This document shows positions 18,818 through 29,583 of a stretch of DNA of 64,000 bases, one piece after another. The stretch comes from Candidatus Saccharimonadia bacterium (lineage in GTDB: Bacteria; Patescibacteriota; SICC01). Every line of letters begins with the position of its first letter. Positions within the stretch are counted from its first letter, which is position 1. Under the pieces are notes generated by a model. That model did not search any database, was not told the DNA's origin, and was given only the letters and a program-made list of their open reading frames with translations. The position numbers and the translations under genes are program-made. The stretch is taken from positions 138,847-202,846 of the forward strand of contig JANWJF010000001.1 of the NCBI GenBank assembly GCA_025449535.1, read 5' to 3'.

Positions 18818-19914
18818 GCCGTCAGTGCCTTGAGGATCTCGCGGGCCGTCTTGTTCCACCCGAACTGCTTGGTTCGCTCCCGGCCGGCAGCGGTCAGCTT
18901 CCCGACCAGGGCTTCGTCGACCAGGACGCGTTCCATACCCTGGTGGATACTGGCGACGCTTTCCGGATCCACGAGCACCGCCGCGCCGCCAGCTACCTCC
19001 TTGGTGGCGCCGCGGCCCGCGGTCACGACGGGCGTATCCGCCGCGAAGGCCTCGAGGATCGGGATGCCGAACCCTTCGTGCAACGACGGGAACACCAGTG
19101 CCCGAGCGCCCTTTAACAGCGCGAAACGCTCTGTGTCATGGACGTACCCGGTATGCACCACATACTCCGGACTGGGCCGCTTGCCGATCATCCGGCGGAT
19201 GTCCTCGTACCCGACCCCCGGGTTGCCGACCAGCACTAGCTGCCCGCCAAACAAGCCCGAGTCCCGCAGGCGGTAGAACGCTTCGACCAGAGCGACCACG
19301 TTCTTCCTTGCCTCCAGCCGTCCGACGAACACCAGGTACGGATCCTTGGTCCGGTACTTCTTCATAACGGCCGCCACGTCGCGCGCGGTGAGCTTCCGAT
19401 ACGGGGAGGGGTCGAACCCGTTCGGGACGACCTGCATCTTGTTGGCGGGGACGTCGTATTCCTTTCCCACCTCCAGTGCAACGGCCCGGCTTGGCGTGAC
19501 GACCGTGCCGGCCCAGCGGACTGAGAGCTTGGTGCCCAGCGCCAGGCTGAGGTAGTGGTAGAAGCCATAGTTCTTGCGGAACCGCTTGAACCCGATGTCG
19601 TGCACCGTCACCACGGTCCGTTTGGGGTGGACCGGCGGCACCGTGTGCGACGGCACAAACAGCGCGTCGACCGGGTTCTTACGCAGTTCCCGGCTGAGCG
19701 CCCAGTACGTCCAGAGACGCCTGCCCGGCACGACGACCGACTGGAAGTTGCCGGGCAGCCCCTGTAGGTCCTTCGTCAGCGGTTCGCGCGTATACAACCG
19801 GTAATCGTTCTTCCGGTCCAGCCGCGCCAGCTCGCGGATCACGTGGTAGCCGTATTGCTCCACACCGGTGCGTTCGGTGATGTTGGCGCGGGACGCGTCT
19901 ATGCCGATGACCAT
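18814..19914 (-). CDS. GT4-family glycosyltransferase
   Basis: C-terminal GT-B signature (FPSLHEGFGIPILEAFAADTPVV); start trimmed to MVIGIDAS just after mreB stop. Confidence 0.8.
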   Translation of the reverse strand: MVIGIDASRANITERTGVEQYGYHVIRELARLDRKNDYRLYTREPLTKDLQGLPGNFQSVVVPGRRLWTYWALSRELRKNPVDALFVPSHTVPPVHPKRTVVTVHDIGFKRFRKNYGFYHYLSLALGTKLSVRWAGTVVTPSRAVALEVGKEYDVPANKMQVVPNGFDPSPYRKLTARDVAAVMKKYRTKDPYLVFVGRLEARKNVVALVEAFYRLRDSGLFGGQLVLVGNPGVGYEDIRRMIGKRPSPEYVVHTGYVHDTERFALLKGARALVFPSLHEGFGIPILEAFAADTPVVTAGRGATKEVAGGAAVLVDPESVASIHQGMERVLVDEALVGKLTAAGRERTKQFGWNKTAREILKALTA

Positions 19915-19940
19915 ACTGATAGCGTAGCTGCCTTGGGGGC

Positions 19941-20951
19941 TCAGCGCACGGCGACGGCGCGCTTGTAGGAGTCGAGGTTCTCGACAGCCACACCGGTGCC
20001 CCGGACCACGCAGAACAGCGGGTCCTCGGCAACGTGGCACGGCACACTGGTCGCGTGCGTGATCACGCGATCGATGTTCCGCAGCAGCGAGCCGCCGCCG
20101 GCCATCACCATGCCCCGGTCGATCACGTCGGCGGAGAGCTCCGGTGGGGTCTGCCGCAGCACGCCTTTCACTGAGTTGATCACCTCGGCCAGCTGGCCCT
20201 GGATCGCCTGGACGACCTCATTGGTCTTCAGGTTGATCGTCTTCGGCATCTCCGCGACCATGTCCCGGCCACGCACCTCCATGCCGAGCTCCTCGCCTTC
20301 CGGCAGCGCCATGGCGGAACCGATCTGGATCTTGATCTGCTCGGCCGTGACGTCCCCGATGGCCAGGTTGTGTCGGCGTCGCACGAAGGCGGAGATAGCC
20401 TGGTCGAACTTATCGCCGCCGACGCGGGCGGACTCCACCGCCACGATCCCGCCGAGCGAGATCACCGCGACCTCCGAAGTGCCGCCGCCGATGTCGATGA
20501 TCATGTTCCCGGACGGCGAACCGATCGGGATATCCGCGCCGATCGCGGCCGCCAAGGGTTCGCGGATGATGTAGGCGTTCTTGGCGCCGGCGGCCGTGGC
20601 CGCGTCGATCACCGCGCGCCGCTCGGTCGAGGTAACGCCGGCGGGCACGCAGACCATCACGTCCGGACGGAAGAATCGCACGCTGCCCACCGCCTTGTTG
20701 ATGAAATAGCGCAACATAGCCTCGGTCACCCGATAATCCGCGATCACGCCGTCCGCCAGGGGACGATGTGCAACGATTTGTTCAGGTGTCCGACCGACCA
20801 TCTCCTTGGCCTCCTTGCCTACCGCCATCACTCGGTTGTCCCCGGTCGAGACCGCGACTACGGATGGTTCATTGATAACCACGCCCTTATCCTCCACGTA
20901 CACGAGGACGTTGGAAGTGCCGAGATCAATGCCGATGCGTTTGCTGAACAA
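19941..20951 (-). CDS. mreB: rod shape-determining protein MreB
   Basis: actin-like ATPase; IGIDLGTSN phosphate-1 motif, DIGGGTSE. Confidence 0.95.
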   Translation of the reverse strand: MFSKRIGIDLGTSNVLVYVEDKGVVINEPSVVAVSTGDNRVMAVGKEAKEMVGRTPEQIVAHRPLADGVIADYRVTEAMLRYFINKAVGSVRFFRPDVMVCVPAGVTSTERRAVIDAATAAGAKNAYIIREPLAAAIGADIPIGSPSGNMIIDIGGGTSEVAVISLGGIVAVESARVGGDKFDQAISAFVRRRHNLAIGDVTAEQIKIQIGSAMALPEGEELGMEVRGRDMVAEMPKTINLKTNEVVQAIQGQLAEVINSVKGVLRQTPPELSADVIDRGMVMAGGGSLLRNIDRVITHATSVPCHVAEDPLFCVVRGTGVAVENLDSYKRAVAVR

Positions 20952-21037
20952 GTATTTGGACTAGTAAACCGATAATTTTGCGCACAACTGCAAATTGGAG
21001 CGCACCGCTTATGCTACCACGCCGGTTTCGCCCCAGG

Positions 21038-22294
21038 CTAGCTGCGCACGCGTCTGATCCGGGCGCCGAGCGCCCGCAAGCGCTGGTCGATCCGTTCGTA
21101 GGCGCGGTCGATGTGTTCCACGTGGTCGATGACCGTCCGCCCCTGAGCGGCCAGGCCGGCGATGACCATCGTGATGCCGGCTCGGATGTCCGGAGACTCG
21201 AGCTCACGACCCATCAGTGGCGTCGGCCCGAAGACGATGATCCGGTGAGGATCCGCCATGGTGATCTCCGCGCCCATGGTCGCCATCTTGTCGGTGTAGA
21301 AGAACCGCCCCTCGTACATGTGGTCGTGGATCAGGCTCATGCCCTTGGCCTGTGTCATCAGCACGGTGAACGGAGAGGTGAGGTCAGTCGGGAATCCCGG
21401 CCAGGTCTCGGTCTTGATGTCCGTGGCTTTCAGACGGTGCGGTCCCGTGACCGTGATCGCGTCCTCCTCGGCCGTGAACCGCACCCCGGCTTCTTTGAGC
21501 TTGATCAAGATCATGCCGAAGTTCCGTGGGTCGGCACCCTCGATCCGCACCTTTCCGCCCGTAATCGCGGCGGCGATTGCCAGCGTGCCCGCCTCGATCT
21601 CGTCCGGACGCACCCGGTGGCTGCCACCGCTGAGCGCTTCCACGCCCTCGATCGTGACCAGGTTGGTACCGGCACCGCTGATCCGGGCTCCCATCTCGTT
21701 CAGGAAATCAGCCAGGTCCTTCACGTGGAGTTCCGACGCGGCATTATGGATGACGGTCGTACCCTTGGCGAGCGAAGCCGCCATGATCAGGTTCTCGGTG
21801 GCAGTCACCGACGCTTCCTCTAGGAAGATCTCCGCCCCGCGGAGCCGCCGAGCGGCCAACCGGTACTGTAAGTCGTCCTTCGTCACCTTCGCCCCGAGCC
21901 GTACGAAGCCCTTCAGGTGCACGTCAAGCGGACGCTTGCCGATGATGTCCCCGCCGGGATGGCGCATGCTAACCTTGCCGAATCGCGCCAGCGCTGGTCC
22001 GAGCACCACTGCGGCGGAGCGCAGTCGCCGCGCCAGCCGGTCGGGCACGGCCGCCGAGCGAAGTTTGGTGGGATCCAACCGGACGGTCTTCCCGTTGCGC
22101 TTAACCCGCATGCCGAACGCCTCGAGGATCTCGATCAAGGACGTCACGTCCGCGATGTCGGGCACGTTGGTCAGCGTGACCGGTTCCCGGGCGAGGAGCG
22201 TCGCGGCCAGCAGCTTGGGGGCGGCGTTCTTACTGCCGTTGACCCGTACGGTCCCGTTCAGCTTGGTCGGACCGTCAATGACGAACTTGCTCAT
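21038..22294 (-). CDS. murA: UDP-N-acetylglucosamine 1-carboxyvinyltransferase
   Basis: 419 aa from MSKFVIDGPTKLNGTVRVNGSKNAA; the 96-codon N-terminal extension in the track ORF rejected. Confidence 0.9.
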   Translation of the reverse strand: MSKFVIDGPTKLNGTVRVNGSKNAAPKLLAATLLAREPVTLTNVPDIADVTSLIEILEAFGMRVKRNGKTVRLDPTKLRSAAVPDRLARRLRSAAVVLGPALARFGKVSMRHPGGDIIGKRPLDVHLKGFVRLGAKVTKDDLQYRLAARRLRGAEIFLEEASVTATENLIMAASLAKGTTVIHNAASELHVKDLADFLNEMGARISGAGTNLVTIEGVEALSGGSHRVRPDEIEAGTLAIAAAITGGKVRIEGADPRNFGMILIKLKEAGVRFTAEEDAITVTGPHRLKATDIKTETWPGFPTDLTSPFTVLMTQAKGMSLIHDHMYEGRFFYTDKMATMGAEITMADPHRIIVFGPTPLMGRELESPDIRAGITMVIAGLAAQGRTVIDHVEHIDRAYERIDQRLRALGARIRRVRS

Positions 22295-22364
22295 CCCGTC
22301 ATCCCTCGCGAAGCGGTCGGCGCTTCGTCGACAAATTCGGAACGAATTTCGAGAGAGGGCGGGA

Positions 22365-22808
22365 TCACGGGTTACCTCGCCTTGAGCGACGACGGGTGCC
22401 AGCCAGTTCCACGGCCCGCAGCCGGGCCAGGTGCTTCTGGAGCTCGGCCTGCGCTTCCGCCAGTTCCTCACGCTCGAGCTTCCCGGCCACCGCCTGTTCG
22501 GCGCGCTTGCGGGCCTGCTCGGCGCGTTGTTTGTCGATGTCATCGGCCCGTTCGGCCGTATCGGCCAGCACCGACACGGCATCGCCGGCGACCTTCAGGA
22601 ATCCGCCCGAGACGGCCAGGTGCCGTTCCTCCTTGTCCGTGCGGAAGGTGATCACGCCGGGCCGGATCACCGAGACCAGCGGCACGTGGTCCGGCAATAC
22701 CGTGATCTCGCCGTCCGTGGTCGGCACGGTGACCGAGCGCACCGGCCCTTCCGAGACGGTGCCGGTCGCGGTGACGACGCTGAGTTCGGTGGTCTTGGCG
22801 TCTGCCAT
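22365..22808 (-). CDS. atpC: F0F1 ATP synthase epsilon subunit
   Basis: N-terminal beta-sandwich and C-terminal helices typical of epsilon; directly downstream of atpD. Confidence 0.9.
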   Translation of the reverse strand: MADAKTTELSVVTATGTVSEGPVRSVTVPTTDGEITVLPDHVPLVSVIRPGVITFRTDKEERHLAVSGGFLKVAGDAVSVLADTAERADDIDKQRAEQARKRAEQAVAGKLEREELAEAQAELQKHLARLRAVELAGTRRRSRRGNP

Positions 22809-22817
22809 GCCTCTACC

Positions 22818-24248
<1,431 letters not shown>

Positions 24249-24273
24249 CTACACATGCAGTATCCTGTAAGCC

Positions 24274-25530
24274 ATGCCCCCCAAACCCCGTAACCGCGAC
24301 CGGCTTTCGGTCTACTTCCTATCGGCCGGACTGTTCCTTGCCGGGGCCTTGTTGGCGCTCCTGGTGACGCGAGGCTACGCGATCGATATCGATTCGCTCA
24401 CGCTGCAGAAGCGCGGCGTGATCGTGCTGCATTCCGAACCGGATTCCGCGGAGGTCACGCTGGACGGCAAGCGCCTCGGCAAGCGGACGGACGCCCGGCT
24501 GTCCCTGGCCCCGGACACGTACCGGCTGAAGGTGGAGACCCCGGGCCGGATCCCTTGGGAACGGGAAGTCAGGTTGGCTCCCGGCGAGGCGGTCATCGAG
24601 GAGATAGTCCTCTTTCCCGACGCGCCAGGGCGCACCGACCTGACCGAGCGGCCGGTCGAACGGTACGCCGTGTCTCCGAACGGCCGCCGGATCGCCGCAG
24701 TCACCTCGCGCCGTGGCGACGCCCTGCTCCACCTACTGGACAGTGAGGGTCAGGAACGGTACGCCGCGCGATTGGACGCCGCCCCAGGCTCCGTGGCTGT
24801 CGACGACGGCGAGTTCGCGTTGGCGGAGTCGGCCGGCCGAATCGCCGTCTACGACCCGACCGGTAAACGGGTCGGCAACATCCCCGGCGGCAAGGCCGCG
24901 TTCGTCGGTGGTAGAGTCGTGTTCCAGCGAGGACCACGGCTGCTATCGACGGACCGGAACGGCGCGGAGGGCCAAGTTTTAGCTACTTCCCCCCGCGGTT
25001 GGGCAGCCACGGCCGGGAACGTCTACATCCTGGGTCGCGACGGCGCGCTCGCCGACGTCACGCCGGGAACCGCACGCGAAGCCGTCCCGGACGTCGCACC
25101 GGTCCGGACGATCGCTTCCGCCGGCCCGGAAGCAGTCCAGGTGACGCAGACGGGCGGTTCGTTCGGTATCATCCGGAATGGCTCGTACGTGCCGATCGGA
25201 CAAGGTGCCGCCCGCGTCTTCCTCTCTCCAGACGGTAAGTTCGTCGCCTACCGGACCAGCCGGGAAATCCGCTTGTTCGACCTGGAGACCGGCCGGGACC
25301 GCCTGGTGACCAGCCTGACCGATCCGCCGGAGCGGATCACACCGCTGCCCGGCGGATACTACCTGCTTTTCCGCCGGAGCGACGGACTGCACGCCATCGC
25401 CCGGGACGGCAGTAACGACCGGGTCGTCGCCAGATTGGTAGGCGGTGAACCGACGGTGCTCGGCCTGGATCGTATCCTGACTACGGACACTCGGACCGGA
25501 CGCCTGGTGCGGATCGACCTCAAGGACTAG
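24274..25530 (+). CDS. membrane-anchored protein with PEGA-like domain and beta-propeller-like repeats
   Basis: N-terminal TM; PEGA-like segment (IVLHSEPDSAEVTLDGKRLG...YRLKVETPG); repeat-rich C-terminus. Confidence 0.55.
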   Translation: MPPKPRNRDRLSVYFLSAGLFLAGALLALLVTRGYAIDIDSLTLQKRGVIVLHSEPDSAEVTLDGKRLGKRTDARLSLAPDTYRLKVETPGRIPWEREVRLAPGEAVIEEIVLFPDAPGRTDLTERPVERYAVSPNGRRIAAVTSRRGDALLHLLDSEGQERYAARLDAAPGSVAVDDGEFALAESAGRIAVYDPTGKRVGNIPGGKAAFVGGRVVFQRGPRLLSTDRNGAEGQVLATSPRGWAATAGNVYILGRDGALADVTPGTAREAVPDVAPVRTIASAGPEAVQVTQTGGSFGIIRNGSYVPIGQGAARVFLSPDGKFVAYRTSREIRLFDLETGRDRLVTSLTDPPERITPLPGGYYLLFRRSDGLHAIARDGSNDRVVARLVGGEPTVLGLDRILTTDTRTGRLVRIDLKD

Positions 25531-26336
25531 CGGACGCCTGGCAGCCGATCGGGATTGGCGGCCTGGCCGCTGGTCGGGCGGGCATCGGCGGGATCAGGAC
25601 TGACTTGGCGCGCTTGGACGATCTTGCGTCGGGCGCTAGTCCCGACGGGCACGCAGGTAGACAATGTCACGGTAGCTACCGGCGTGGGCTTGAGGACTCC
25701 CGTCTGGGTCGGGTCTACCTCGAAGATGGCATGGACGCGGTAGGAGTATTTCCGACCCCGGGCGTATATGACGATCTCGTCGTTCTGACGGAGCTGGGGC
25801 ACCAACGCGAAGACGTTCCGATAGTCGGTCTTGACCCACCAGTAGTACGAGCTGTGCCCGGTCAGGAAGACGTTCCCTTGCTCGCCCGGCTCGGCGGTGC
25901 CGGGATACTTGATCACACCCTTGAGCAAAGCGTCGTTGATCACCGCCTCGGCCGTGGAGTCGGGACGCACGATCGGTGCGGCTACCCGGATGCGCGGGAT
26001 GTAGAGATAGTTGTCGCAGATGGCCCGGGGGCGGCCTTGGCCGTCGTACGGTATGTTCCCCTGGCACGGGACGCCGGCCGGACCGCCGTCAGGACTCTCC
26101 CCGGACGACCCGGAGGTACGTACCGTCTCGGGCAGCGTCGCGGCGGATCCGGTCTGAGGGTCGCTGAGCAGGAAGGTTAGCCGGGTCCAGAGCGCCGGGA
26201 AGTTGAATACCACGTAGACCGCCACGGCGATCAGAAGCACCGGCACGGCGCCCAGGAGCAGCCGCCAGAGCAAGCCGCGCTGGGGCTCTTCTTGATAGGA
26301 CGGCGTGGCTGGGTACGTGGTCGATGACGGTTCCAT
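25527..26336 (-). CDS. sortase (transpeptidase)
   Basis: N-terminal TM; catalytic His (LTGHS), TLSTC Cys motif and following Arg. Confidence 0.8.
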   Translation of the reverse strand: MEPSSTTYPATPSYQEEPQRGLLWRLLLGAVPVLLIAVAVYVVFNFPALWTRLTFLLSDPQTGSAATLPETVRTSGSSGESPDGGPAGVPCQGNIPYDGQGRPRAICDNYLYIPRIRVAAPIVRPDSTAEAVINDALLKGVIKYPGTAEPGEQGNVFLTGHSSYYWWVKTDYRNVFALVPQLRQNDEIVIYARGRKYSYRVHAIFEVDPTQTGVLKPTPVATVTLSTCVPVGTSARRKIVQARQVSPDPADARPTSGQAANPDRLPGVR

Positions 26337-26374
26337 ATGGCCTCAGTAGGGTTACAGTATCAGGCTTTTCGGTG

Positions 26375-26458
26375 TGCCGGGGGTGGGATTCGAACCCACA
26401 AGCCCTTGCGGGCAGCGGATTTTGAGTCCGCCGCGTATGCCAGTTCCGCCACCCCGGC
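26375..26458 (-). tRNA. tRNA-Leu (anticodon CAA)
   Basis: hand-folded cloverleaf: acceptor GCCGGGG/CCCCGGC, anticodon loop CUCAAAA, long variable arm, T-loop TTCGAAT; CCA not encoded. Confidence 0.85.
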
Positions 26459-26516
26459 GTACCCGCATTATCCCACAGACGGAGCGTCCGTTTCCCGGCG
26501 CTGGTAGACTGGTCGC

Positions 26517-27677
26517 GTGACCCTAACGTACGTCTTCGCCGCCGCCTTCCTCCTGACACTGGTCCTGCTGATCCGGTCGCTCTTCCGGCAGGCCGGCATC
26601 CAGGACGCCATCAAGCAGACCGCCGAAGAGGCGGCCGACCAGCTGCGTCTCTGGGAGGAGTTCGGCGAGCATCTGGACGAAGGTCTGGCGCTGGTTGGCC
26701 CGGACGGAACGATCCGGTACGTCAATCGCGCTTTCTCGGAACTGACCGGCTGGAAAGGGCGCTCGGCTAAGGGCCAGAAGCTCAAGGCGGTCCTCGCGGT
26801 GCTGGACGGCGACAAGCCGTTCGCACCGGACGAGAAGAAGCGCAAGGGCATCGTACGGTCTCGCGACGACGCACGGACCGCGGTGTACGTGACGAAGCGG
26901 AAACTCCACCAGCCGCAGGGGTTCGAGGTGGTCGTCCTGGTCGACGCTACCGCCGAGGACGCGGAGAAGGCGCTCCGGCGGCGGCTGGTGAACCTTTCTT
27001 CATTCGAGTTACGGGCGCCGATCACCGCGATGAAGGGCTACGCCGACATGCTGCTCTCCGGTGACGCCGGCAAGCTGGACAAGGAGGCGAAGACTAAGGT
27101 GAAGATCATCCTGGAAAGTTCGGACAAGCTGCTCCGGATCATCGACGACATGTCGCAGGTCCAGGCCTTGTCGGAGGCCAAGCCGGCGGCCGCCAGGAAG
27201 CGCACCAAGGCGACCGCTCTGGCCGAGGCATGCACCGGATCCTTGCAGCGGGTGACCGCCGAGTCGGGGCGCAGCTACGAGCTCGAGCCGATCAAGTCGG
27301 ACAGCGAGGTCGAGGTCGCCCCGGCGGACGTCGAACGGCTGCTCGGCATGGTCGCGAACACGGCGGCCCGGACGGGAAAACCGGGCAGCGTGGTGACGAT
27401 GCGGCTGGTGGAGAACGACGCTGAAATCGACTTCCGGATAGAGAACGAGGGCGCTCCCCTGGCCCGCGATCAGCAGAAGAACGTGTTCGATTACGTCGGC
27501 GCCCAGGGGTTCGACGAGGGCATCGGCTACTACGTCGCACAGCAGATCATCTCGGCCCACGGCGGCCGTTTCTCGGTCAGTCAGATCCCGGCCGGCAACG
27601 CGTTCACGCTAAGCCTGCCACGAGCCAAGGAGACCGTTGCCAAGAAACGTCCCAAGAAACTCGACATCTCCGAGTAG
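26517..27677 (+). CDS. histidine-kinase-like protein (PAS + DHp-like + degenerate ATPase) lacking the phospho-acceptor His
   Basis: GTG start; H-box position reads SFELRAPITA (F encoded by ttc where His is expected); N box and DEGIG present, G2 box weak. Confidence 0.7.
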   Translation: MTLTYVFAAAFLLTLVLLIRSLFRQAGIQDAIKQTAEEAADQLRLWEEFGEHLDEGLALVGPDGTIRYVNRAFSELTGWKGRSAKGQKLKAVLAVLDGDKPFAPDEKKRKGIVRSRDDARTAVYVTKRKLHQPQGFEVVVLVDATAEDAEKALRRRLVNLSSFELRAPITAMKGYADMLLSGDAGKLDKEAKTKVKIILESSDKLLRIIDDMSQVQALSEAKPAAARKRTKATALAEACTGSLQRVTAESGRSYELEPIKSDSEVEVAPADVERLLGMVANTAARTGKPGSVVTMRLVENDAEIDFRIENEGAPLARDQQKNVFDYVGAQGFDEGIGYYVAQQIISAHGGRFSVSQIPAGNAFTLSLPRAKETVAKKRPKKLDISE

Positions 27678-27680
27678 ACG

Positions 27681-29153
27681 TTACCCCAATACCGAGACGG
27701 GGGGCTTCGGGGCCACACCCTTGGTGGCGACCCGCGTCTGCTTGAGTGGCAAGCGGAAGCCGAAGGTACTTCCCTTTCCGAGCTCGCTCCGTAGGGTGAC
27801 CGAACCCTGGTGCTCGTCGATGATCCGCTTGGCGACATAGAGTCCGAGCCCCGTGCCCGAGGAAAGGACGTCCCGGGCATTGGCGGCCCGGAAGAACTTG
27901 GTGAACATCTTGTCCCGATCGGCCTCGCCGATCCCGATCCCCTGGTCCGTGACCTCGAGGACGGCGTCGTCCTCCTGTTCGCTGAGGCGTACCCGTACGG
28001 TGCCGCGCTTGCTGTACTTGATCGCATTGTCCACGAAGTTCACTACCGCTTGACGGATCCGCAGCGCATCGACGTTGAGGATCCCGATCGGGTGGTCCGG
28101 CAGCAGTAGCTCGATGTCGAGCCCCTGCTTGCGGGCCAACGACCGGAACTCGCCGACCACGTCCTGGGCGATGTCCTCCAGCCGGGCGATCCCCTTGGTA
28201 AGCTCGAACCGTTCCGCGTTGATCCGCGAGACGGAGAGCATGTCGTTCAGGATGTTGATGACTTCGTTGGTGCTCTCCGAGATTTGCTCGACGATCGGAC
28301 GCTGCCGCTTGGCCAACACCCCGAAGTCCTTGTCGAGCAACATCGCCAGGTAACCGCGGACCGCCGTCAGCGGCCCGCGCAGCTGGTGCGAGGCGATGGA
28401 GACGAACTCGTCCTTGCTGCGATCCGCCTTGCGGAGATCCTGGTTGACGTCGCTGAGCCGCCGGTTGGTCAAGTCGAGTTCGTCTAATAGCTCGGCATTG
28501 ACCATCGCCACGGCCAGGCCGTCCGCCAGGCCCTGTAACGTCTCCCTCTCGTCGTCCGAAAGATGTTCGTACGCCTTCCGAAGGTAGAACGTCACCACGC
28601 CGTGGACCTGCTCGTCGGCGATGACGGGATGCGCCACCAGCCCGGCGATACCCAGCTTCTTCTGGAGTCGCTTCGCCTGCTCGGCAGATACCGAATCCTC
28701 GAAGTCCTCCAATGCCCCGCCGGATACCACCTGGCGCTGGTTGAGCGCCTGGACGACGCGTGGCATCCCCCGGTTCGACTTCAGCATCTCCAGGGATGTG
28801 CTGGTAAGACGCCCTAAGCCCTTGCCGCCGTCACGAAGCGGCTCGGAGACCGCCAGGACGGTCAGGGACCCGTCGGACTTCGCCTGACGGATCGTCCCGC
28901 CGAGGACCATCCTTAGGTCGGGGATAACGTCCGCGATCTCCTGGGCGATATACCCGATCGAAAGATTGGCCAAGAGCATCCGATTGATCTGCCGACTGCG
29001 TGCCAGGCTGCGGTCCGCCAGCTCGCGGTTAGCCGCCACGCGGCGATGCACCAGTCGCAGACGGAACGACTGCCCGACCAGCGCGAGCAGTGCCAGGGCG
29101 AGAGCCGAACTGAATACGATGATAAGCATTTGAAAATTGCTTAACCATAACAC
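27681..29153 (-). CDS. sensor histidine kinase (TM + GAF-like sensor)
   Basis: intact H-box SHQLRGPLTAV; N, G1 (DQGIGIG) and G2 (GTGLGL) boxes. Confidence 0.85.
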   Translation of the reverse strand: MLWLSNFQMLIIVFSSALALALLALVGQSFRLRLVHRRVAANRELADRSLARSRQINRMLLANLSIGYIAQEIADVIPDLRMVLGGTIRQAKSDGSLTVLAVSEPLRDGGKGLGRLTSTSLEMLKSNRGMPRVVQALNQRQVVSGGALEDFEDSVSAEQAKRLQKKLGIAGLVAHPVIADEQVHGVVTFYLRKAYEHLSDDERETLQGLADGLAVAMVNAELLDELDLTNRRLSDVNQDLRKADRSKDEFVSIASHQLRGPLTAVRGYLAMLLDKDFGVLAKRQRPIVEQISESTNEVINILNDMLSVSRINAERFELTKGIARLEDIAQDVVGEFRSLARKQGLDIELLLPDHPIGILNVDALRIRQAVVNFVDNAIKYSKRGTVRVRLSEQEDDAVLEVTDQGIGIGEADRDKMFTKFFRAANARDVLSSGTGLGLYVAKRIIDEHQGSVTLRSELGKGSTFGFRLPLKQTRVATKGVAPKPPVSVLG

Positions 29154-29202
29154 TTTTTGTTCAGATTGTCAATGCGCAGGCAACCATGGGACAATGCGGA
29201 TA

Positions 29203-29583
29203 ATGGCAAAGATAAACATTATCCTGGTAGAAGACGACTCCGTATTGGCGGAGATGTACGTCCAGAAGTTCACGCGCGAAGGGTTCGACGTCAGGCATGC
29301 GCTGGACGGTGACGAAGGTATCCGACTGGTTAAGGAGAAGCGGCCGGACCTGGTCCTCTTGGACATCATGATGCCCAAGAAGAGCGGCATCGAGGTACTC
29401 GAGGAACTCCGGAGTTCTTCGGAGACCAAGGGCGTGGCCGTGGTATTGCTTTCCAACGTCGGCGACCAGGAATACATCGACAAGGGCATGGCGCTCGGTG
29501 CCGTGGGATACCTCCTCAAGTCGAACTACACGCCCAGCGAGGTCGTCAGTAAGGTCCGCGAGATCCTGGCCGAGCGAGCTTAG
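29203..29583 (+). CDS. single-domain CheY-like response regulator
   Basis: receiver motifs (ILVEDD, LVLLDIMMP, LLSNV); start trimmed to internal ATG (MAKINI); ATG 9 nt upstream is equally possible. Confidence 0.8.
   Translation: MAKINIILVEDDSVLAEMYVQKFTREGFDVRHALDGDEGIRLVKEKRPDLVLLDIMMPKKSGIEVLEELRSSSETKGVAVVLLSNVGDQEYIDKGMALGAVGYLLKSNYTPSEVVSKVREILAERA

Noticed and set aside
21318-22385. 355-aa + strand ORF (same reasoning applies to 23175..24293 opposite atpD, 415..1413 opposite the PBP gene, 9068..9820 opposite mfd)
   Set aside because: Antisense to motif-supported housekeeping genes; Ser/Arg/Ala-rich low-complexity translations.
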